A stretch of 32,000 nucleotides of DNA, from assembly GCF_900079115.1 (NCBI RefSeq), contig NZ_LT549890.1, positions 450,001 through 482,000 on the forward strand. The letters are read 5' to 3'. Numbering within the stretch: position 1 is the stretch's first letter; every line of letters starts with the position of its first letter. This stretch comes from Saccharolobus solfataricus (GTDB lineage: Archaea > Thermoproteota > Thermoprotei_A > Sulfolobales > Sulfolobaceae). The translations under genes and the position numbers were made by a program. Positions 24,285 through 32,000 of this stretch are shown piece by piece. A model generated the notes under the pieces. That model did no database searches. It was not told where the DNA came from and worked only from the letters and a program-made list of their open reading frames with translations.

Positions 24285-24827
24285 ATGGAAGAAAAGAGAT
24301 TATCCTTTTTTAAATGGCTCGGTCTAGCATTACTATTTATAGTTTTACCTAGTGCAGTGGCTGTGGTTCTATCGTTTTCTGTTCCTTACTATATACTACA
24401 TGATATGACACTGGCCAATGCTCTTAGTACTATTATTTTTATATTAGGATTTGGGGTTTCGGCTATTTACTTTAACAGGTACTTAGAAAGTCGTGGTCTT
24501 ATTACCCCCTTTATGAAGAGGGTATCCATTACCATCTTACCGGATAGCGGACAACCTATTGACGAGAAATATATTAAGAGTTTTGAGGCTAGACTTAAGT
24601 TTGCTAAAGGTGAAGAGTATATTAAGCTGTTAGCCATGCTTGGCATGATGTATTTGCAGAATGCTGTAGCTTATGACAACAAGGATTTTTATTTGAGGGC
24701 TAAGGAGTACTTGTCAAGGGCTGAGGAGGCTATGCAAGAAAAGAGTGTGAGCTTTGAGACTAAAGCACTCGTTGATAACTTAAGGAGTAAAATTGAGACT
24801 TACAAGTACCGTTTCGGAGAAAGATAA
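24285..24827 (+). CDS. Membrane protein with two N-terminal TM helices and a helical C-terminal domain
   Basis: 180 aa containing FFKWLGLALLFIVLPSAVAVVLSF and LSTIIFILGFGVSAIYF, followed by an amphipathic, TPR-like helical region. Confidence 0.5.
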   Translation: MEEKRLSFFKWLGLALLFIVLPSAVAVVLSFSVPYYILHDMTLANALSTIIFILGFGVSAIYFNRYLESRGLITPFMKRVSITILPDSGQPIDEKYIKSFEARLKFAKGEEYIKLLAMLGMMYLQNAVAYDNKDFYLRAKEYLSRAEEAMQEKSVSFETKALVDNLRSKIETYKYRFGER

Positions 24828-24932
24828 AGACTTAAACTTATTGATGTTATTCAGATATTATTAATTTAGCTCTTACTTTTAGTAGTTCATCATCGAGAAA
24901 ACTATTGAAATTATTAGCAAATTTAGTTAAGG

Positions 24933-25024
<92 letters not shown>

Positions 25025-25082
25025 TCTTATAAGATTCTTCGTCAAATACCTAAAAAGTTTTTTCTTATCTACCCTTAGGTTA

Positions 25083-25904
25083 TTATGATATAATACTTAC
25101 TGTGAAATAACCTTGATACTTTACTCCTTGACCTTGTAAAATTACTGTCATATTGAAATTTGCCATTGGTACGAATAAGTAGAAATATACTGGGGTATTT
25201 CTTGGAATGTTAATTAAGAATGAGTTAGCGTGATCTAAGTAACTAAGTGTTACGTTGTATTTTCCTGGCTGAAGATATTGATTGGCAAGTGGTGATATTG
25301 TGAATTTTGTAAATAGGAACGAGGTATTTGAAGTGTAATTGTATTGGTAATATACTATACTATAGCTGTAGTTGAAATTGGCAGATGGAGTGAAGCTTCC
25401 TACTAAGCTAAAAGTGGGTAACTGGTTTTGGTTAATTCCCATCAATAATGCTATGTTTCTCGTTAACCCCGTAGTATAAATCGTGTTCACATCGCCGAAC
25501 TGTTTTGAATAGCCGTAAAGTCCATGCACTAATACTTTGAACTCCTCTATCTCTGGAAATAAAGTGGAGGAAGAAAAGGTCAAATAGACAATTGCAGTTG
25601 AGGAAGAGTGTGATTTTAAGGTTATTGTAGTTGAGTTTGCTATTATTTTTAATACTCCATTTGATCCTGGAACGAGATAGCGTGATAATAATGTAATGTT
25701 GAGCGTTTGGGTTAACGGTGCGTTATTTGTAGCTGTTATTGCGAACGCAATTACCTCGTAATTGTTTGAATATATTCTCCAATATATGGGGTTTACTGAA
25801 ATATTAACATCAACGTTTTCAAGATAAAATATTGTTGCGACTGAGCCAATTATAATTATACTTATTATTATTAAAATGCTTCCAATCCCAATACTTTTTG
25901 CCAT
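25083..25904 (-). CDS. N-terminally anchored surface protein, beta-rich with many N-x-S/T sequons
   Basis: 273 aa with the N-terminal TM segment MAKSIGIGSILIIISIIIIGSVATIFYL. Confidence 0.55.
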   Translation of the reverse strand: MAKSIGIGSILIIISIIIIGSVATIFYLENVDVNISVNPIYWRIYSNNYEVIAFAITATNNAPLTQTLNITLLSRYLVPGSNGVLKIIANSTTITLKSHSSSTAIVYLTFSSSTLFPEIEEFKVLVHGLYGYSKQFGDVNTIYTTGLTRNIALLMGINQNQLPTFSLVGSFTPSANFNYSYSIVYYQYNYTSNTSFLFTKFTISPLANQYLQPGKYNVTLSYLDHANSFLINIPRNTPVYFYLFVPMANFNMTVILQGQGVKYQGYFTVSIIS

Positions 25905-26015
25905 TACGTGTACTACTTATTACCTAGATATAACGTTTATCCTAAGGTTTATGGGGATAGATACACTTATTATTCTCATATTATTGAGAATGAGATGGGG
26001 GCATAAGAAAGAGAG

Positions 26016-26420
26016 ATGTCAGAACGGGAGGTATTACAAAAAATTAATTCCCCCGAAGGCAAAGAAGATAGGATAATAGGGAAACATGTGTTCGGCAACC
26101 TATATGATATCGATGCAGAAAGGCTTAACGATAAGGAGTTTCTAGAGAAGTTAGTGCTAGAGGCTGTAGATATAGCTCACATGAAGCTAGTGGAAATTAA
26201 AGCTTGGTCTTTTGGGGGTAAAAAAGGTGGAGTTTCGGTTATAGCACTAGTTGAGGAAAGCCATATAGCACTTCACACGTGGAATGAGTACAATTATGCT
26301 ACTCTTGACGTTTATACTTGTGGTGAAGATAGTGATCCACAATCTGCTTTTGCCCATATTGTAAATGCCCTCAATCCCAAACGTTACCAAATGTTTTATG
26401 CCGATAGGAGCTCACAATAG
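26016..26420 (+). CDS. speH: S-adenosylmethionine decarboxylase proenzyme (pyruvoyl-dependent, archaeal type)
   Basis: [32 protein letters not shown] contains the E-S self-cleavage site and the conserved HTWPE..DvytCG block of class 1 AdoMetDC. Confidence 0.85.
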   Translation: MSEREVLQKINSPEGKEDRIIGKHVFGNLYDIDAERLNDKEFLEKLVLEAVDIAHMKLVEIKAWSFGGKKGGVSVIALVEESHIALHTWNEYNYATLDVYTCGEDSDPQSAFAHIVNALNPKRYQMFYADRSSQ

Positions 26421-26483
26421 TTTTTTCTATATGAATCTCTATTTGTTTTTTAATTCATTCGGCAACTGTCTATGGCTTAATAG

Positions 26484-27580
<1,097 letters not shown>

Positions 27581-27581
<1 letters not shown>

Positions 27582-28660
27582 TGGTAGAGGTTTACTTAAA
27601 TTCTTCATCAATGATTCCAATAGATAGATATTACGAGTATGATATTTATGATTTGGTAATAGAGGCCTATAAGAACTTTGAAGGAGAATACGATGTAAAT
27701 AGTATTGACCTAATTGTTGTTGCGAATGCCTATTCCCAAAAACTGAATAACGCGTCTTTAATTGCACCAAAGATTGCTGAAAAGATAGGGAAACCTAACG
27801 TACCTTCTATTAAAGTGGATAACGCTGACGCCAGTGGAGGTGCTGCTTTACTTACAGCTTATTCACTGATTAAGAGTAATATGGTAAATTCGGTTTTAAT
27901 AGTAGGAGTTGAGAAGCAGTCGGATTATCCTTCTAAGTATCTTTATGATGCCATATCCACCAATTTAGATGATTACATGTTTTATAATGGCATCTCTTCT
28001 CATTCAGTAGCTGCACTATTAATGAGACAGTATATGAAAAGGTATGGCGTTGATAGAAATTATTTTGCGAATTGGGCTATCAAAATGCACAAGAACGCCA
28101 CGGAAAATCCTTTTGCGTATTTAAGGTTTCAGGTTGACTTAAATACCGTAATTAATTCGCAGATTATCTCAGATCCTGTAAGATTATTTGACGTCGGTGC
28201 GAGAGCTGACGGGGCTGCAATACTCTTACTTTCAAATAATAAGACTGAGTCAGCGGTAAAGATTAATAAAATCCTTTCCGCACAAGCCAGATATGACTTT
28301 TCTCCATCTTTACCTTCTGTAAGAATGTTAAGGGATAAGTTAGAATTGAAATTCAGTGAAAGAACCGGGATTGATATTCACGACTCCTATAGTATTATGG
28401 CTGCTTTAATGTTAGAAGAAGCGGGAATATTTGAAAGCGGTAAATCCTTGCATAATTTAGATAGTGTGAATGTAAATTTAGGCGGAGGATTAAAAGCCCG
28501 AGGACATGTAGGTGGGGCTTCCGCCATATACCAATTAGCTGAGGCTCACATGCAATTAATTGGTTCGTTTAAAGGCAAAAAGGCTAGTGTTGATAATTAT
28601 ATAGTAATTTCCTCAGATGATTTAGGTATGGTGAGTTATGGTATTAATTTATCGAGGTGA
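27581..28660 (+). CDS. Thiolase-fold protein (acetoacetyl-CoA thiolase paralogue) lacking the nucleophilic Cys
   Basis: Thiolase landmarks are present: VGVEK, RLFDVGARADGAAILLL and GGGLKARGHVGGAS. The C-A-S-G site reads D-A-S-G (GAC at 27827-27829), and the 359-aa product has no Cys codon. Its start overlaps the HMGCS stop by 1 nt. Confidence 0.75.
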
Positions 28661-28665
28661 TCTAG

Positions 28666-29067
28666 ATGAAAATAGCTCCTCCTCAAGTTTGGAGAAATAA
28701 AAGATTCATGTATAAGTTAACAGCGAGTAGGTGTGAACGTTGCGGACATATAAGCTTTCCATATTCATCGTATTGCACTAAGTGTGGTAGTAAAAACGTT
28801 AAGAAGATTGAGATAAGTGGCAAGGGAGTATTAGAATCCTACACTGTTTCCTATCAATCTAGAGACGGGCACGAGAAAGGCCTTCCAAGTGTTATTGGTC
28901 TGGTTAGACTAGATGAAGGTGTAGAAATAGTAGCACCTATCGTAGATGCGGATTTAGATAAACTAAAAGAAGGAGTTAAGGTAGAAGCTACATTAAGGAG
29001 AGTTTATACGGACTCATATAATGGTTTAATACAGTATGGGATAAAGTTTAGGGTAGCTGAAGGATGA
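28666..29067 (+). CDS. DUF35 zinc-ribbon/OB-fold protein (scaffold of the thiolase-HMGCS complex)
   Basis: [20 protein letters not shown] is a rubredoxin-like zinc ribbon and is followed by an OB-fold-like region. The gene sits in the conserved position after the thiolase. Confidence 0.8.
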
Positions 29068-30293
29068 AAATTGATGAAGTGGTTGAAAAGTTAGTAAAGG
29101 GAGAAATTTCTTTTCATGAAGTTGACAATTTATTAGAAGCAAATGCTGCAATGGTTGCGAGGAGGCTTGCATTAGAGAAGATTGTAGGAGTCGGTCTTCC
29201 CTCAATTGGTTCTACAGTTATTGATTATAGTGAGATAAAAAATAAAAATGCCGAAAATGTGATTGGAGCAATACAAATACCATTAGGTATAGTGGGGCCA
29301 ATTAGAGTCAATGGTGATTACGCAAAGGGCGATTTCTATGTACCTATGGCGACGACAGAAGGAGCGCTAATAGCCAGTGTAAATAGGGGTATCAAGGCTG
29401 TTACACTAAGTGGGGGAGTTAGGGCTAAGGTTTTAAAGGATGAAATGACGAGAGCCCCCGTTTTTAAGTTTGATTCAATAGAACAGATACCGAATTTTCT
29501 AAAGTTCATAGAGGAGAATCTTGAGAAGATAAGGAATATAGCCAATTCTACCTCTCATCATGGTAAATTAAAATCCATTACACCTTTCGTACTAGGCAAT
29601 AATGTTTGGCTTAGATTTTCCTTTGAAACTGGTGATGCTATGGGGATGAACATGGTTACGATAGCAGTTGAAAAAGTATGTGAGTTTATAGAGGAAAACT
29701 TCCCATCAGCTGATTGTTTAGCTGTAAGCGGAAATATGTGTAGTGATAAGAAACAGACCAATGTCAATAGCCTCTTCGGTAGAGGTAAAACTGTAGTGGC
29801 TGAGGCTCTCATCAAGAAGGATGTTATAAGGAATATATTACACTCTAATGCTCAACTAATTCATGATATAAATCTACGGAAGAATTGGCTCGGGACAGCA
29901 AGAGCAGGATCCTTATCTCAATTTAATGCTCATTTCGCAAACATAGTCACAGCAATCTTTATAGCTACTGGCCAAGATGTAGCTCAAATAGTTGAGAGTA
30001 GTTCTGGATATACATGGACTGAAGTAAGAGGAGAGGACTTATATATATCAGTTACACTGCCCTCGTTAGAAGTAGGAACTGTAGGAGGAGGTACAAGGTT
30101 ACCTACCCAGAAAGAAGCCCTATCCATTATGGGAGTTTACGGCAGTGGAAATCCACCTGGCTCTAATGCTAAGAAATTAGCTGAGATCATAGCTTCTACT
30201 GTACTATCTGGGGAACTTAATCTCCTAGCTGCTTTATCCAACAAGGAGTTAGGTAAGGCTCACGCTAAACTTGGAAGAGCTATGAAAGTCTAA
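29064..30293 (+). CDS. hmgA: HMG-CoA reductase, class I
   Basis: [22 protein letters not shown] and VGTVGGGT motifs are present. The ATGA overlap with the DUF35 gene indicates translational coupling. Confidence 0.9.
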
Positions 30294-30336
30294 TCTTTTT
30301 ATCAAAGTTTAAATATTCTGTAACTACTTTACTCTT

Positions 30337-31638
30337 ATGTCACTTCCTAAAGAATTAGAAAAAGTTCTTGAAATTACTAAGGCACAGAACGTATGGAGAA
30401 GGACGCAGACTTTGAACCTTATTGCATCTGAAAACGTAATGAGTCCACTAGCTGAAAGTGTGTATATGAGTGACTTCATGTCCAGATATGCAGAAGGTAA
30501 ACCATACAAGAGATACTATCAAGGGACCAAGTATACTGATGAAATCGAGACTCTTACTATGGAGTTGATGAATGAGATAACAAACTCAAAGGATTGTGAT
30601 CTAAGACCTACTAGCGGTACCATAGCAAATGCGGCTGTGTTTAGAGTTTTAGCTGAGCCTGGAGATAAGGCATTAATAGCACCAGTCCAAGCTGGTGCCC
30701 ATGTCAGTCATACCAAATTTGGAACATTGGGAGCTTTGGGTATTCAACATATTGAAATGCCATTTGATGAGGAAAACATTAACGTAGATGTAGATAAAGC
30801 AATAAAGATGATAGAAGAAGTTAAACCAAAATTCGTAGTGCTAGGAGGCAGTCTTTACCTATTTCCTCATCCTACTAAGGAATTAGCTCAACACGTTCAC
30901 GCTGTAGGAGCTAAATTGGTTTACGATGCTGCACATGTTTATGGGTTGATAGAGGGTAAAGTTTGGAGTAACCCACTAAAAGATGGAGCGGATATTATGA
31001 CTGTCTCTACGCATAAGACTTTTCCTGGTCCTCAAGGAGGAGCGATTTTCTCTGATGGTTCAGAAGTTTTTAAACAAGTCTCAAAGACAATATTCCCATG
31101 GTTTGTTAGTAATCATCATTTGCATAGATTACCAGCTACTGCAGTAACTGCCATTGAGATGAAATATTTTGGCGAAAGTTATGCTAATCAAATACTAAGG
31201 AATTCGAAGGCTCTAGCAGAGGCTTTAGCTGAAAGAGGATTTAAGGTAATTGGAGAAAATTTAGGTTATACTAAGAGTCATCAAGTAGCGGTAGATGTTA
31301 GACAATTCGGTGGGGGAAATAAGATAGCTAAGCTATTAGAGGACGCAAATATCATAGTAAATAAAAATCTATTGCCCTATGATAAGCCAGAAGATGTTTC
31401 CGATCCAAGTGGCTTAAGAATAGGGGTACAAGAGATGACAAGATATGGGATGAAAGAAGGTGAAATGGAGGAGATAGCTGAGCTATTTAAGAAAGTTATT
31501 ATAGACAAAAAAGATGTTAACGAAGTTAAAAAAGAGGTAATTGAGATGAGAAGGAATTTCTTGGAGGTTAAGTATACATTCGATGATATGAAAGATTTAG
31601 AAAAGTACTCGTCAAAATCATTAAAATTGATCATCTAA
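30337..31638 (+). CDS. glyA: Serine hydroxymethyltransferase
   Basis: [10 protein letters not shown] is near the N-terminus, and [13 protein letters not shown] contains the PLP-binding lysine. Confidence 0.9.
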   Translation: MSLPKELEKVLEITKAQNVWRRTQTLNLIASENVMSPLAESVYMSDFMSRYAEGKPYKRYYQGTKYTDEIETLTMELMNEITNSKDCDLRPTSGTIANAAVFRVLAEPGDKALIAPVQAGAHVSHTKFGTLGALGIQHIEMPFDEENINVDVDKAIKMIEEVKPKFVVLGGSLYLFPHPTKELAQHVHAVGAKLVYDAAHVYGLIEGKVWSNPLKDGADIMTVSTHKTFPGPQGGAIFSDGSEVFKQVSKTIFPWFVSNHHLHRLPATAVTAIEMKYFGESYANQILRNSKALAEALAERGFKVIGENLGYTKSHQVAVDVRQFGGGNKIAKLLEDANIIVNKNLLPYDKPEDVSDPSGLRIGVQEMTRYGMKEGEMEEIAELFKKVIIDKKDVNEVKKEVIEMRRNFLEVKYTFDDMKDLEKYSSKSLKLII

Positions 31639-32000
31639 CTAATATCACAGATACTGGAGCGTTTATCGATATTGCTAACGCTGTAGAGCCTATATTTATA
31701 TCGCTATTTAGTGAAGTTCCTCTTGCACCCATTATTATTGCGTCATATGGTTCCTCATTTATTACCTTTAATATCTCATTTGAAACACTAGACTCCTTTA
31801 TGTTAATCTTAACTATTTTTAAATCATATTCAATCTTATTGTTTATTCTTTTTTCAATAAGTGACTGTATATCGTTCATATTATTACAATCACTGCATAC
31901 ATGTATTATAGTTATTTTGGAGCCATATCTCATACCGAAGTCTACTGCAAGATCTAGCGCCCTTAAACTATTCTCAGAACCATCCACTGGTACTAGTATT
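31631..32000 (-). CDS. Universal stress protein (UspA) family, partial; the N-terminus lies beyond the window end
   Basis: [19 protein letters not shown]... and ...IIMGARGTS...[18 protein letters not shown] are typical Usp motifs. The frame is open to position 32000. Confidence 0.75.
   Translation of the reverse strand, partial: ILVPVDGSENSLRALDLAVDFGMRYGSKITIIHVCSDCNNMNDIQSLIEKRINNKIEYDLKIVKINIKESSVSNEILKVINEEPYDAIIMGARGTSLNSDINIGSTALAISINAPVSVILVR

Noticed and set aside
29336-29815. Minus-strand ORFs 29336..29545 and 29558..29815; likewise 27453..27770, 30324..30509 and 31377..31634
   Set aside because: They are antisense shadows within the well-supported hmgA, HMGCS/thiolase and glyA genes.

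Overview
The window is AT-rich crenarchaeal chromosome and looks like Sulfolobus/Saccharolobus solfataricus. The supporting evidence is ISC-type insertion sequences, an SSV-type integrase fragment, intron-containing tRNAs and GGTGA ribosome-binding sites. All family calls come from motifs read by eye; no database search was possible.

The window has three parts:
- **1-7.9 kb:** IS-ridden accessory DNA. An ISC1359-like IS is nested inside an IS110-type transposase gene. A minus-strand block encodes secreted and membrane proteins. A C2H2 zinc-finger gene abuts an approximately 1.24 kb IS. The block ends at an SSV-type integrase N-terminal fragment that reads into a tRNA-Glu, so it is probably the edge of an integrated virus or plasmid.
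- **8-25 kb:** an integration hotspot next to an intron-containing tRNA-Met(CAU). The tRNA 3' exon occurs as a perfect 36-bp second copy, and a third, decayed copy lies further left. Together they delimit an approximately 2.6 kb element and an approximately 14 kb older island full of IS debris and pseudogenes. The older island carries the most interesting locus, two divergent operons. One has an aromatic-rich 62-codon ORF, a radical SAM enzyme with a reduced SPASM/twitch tail and an MFS transporter. The other has an unknown 286-aa protein, a divergent QueC-like PP-loop ATPase and a polytopic membrane protein.
- **25-32 kb:** core genes, namely speH, an HMG-CoA synthase / thiolase-like / DUF35 / HMG-CoA reductase operon, glyA and a partial Usp gene. 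The thiolase-like protein contains no cysteine at all.
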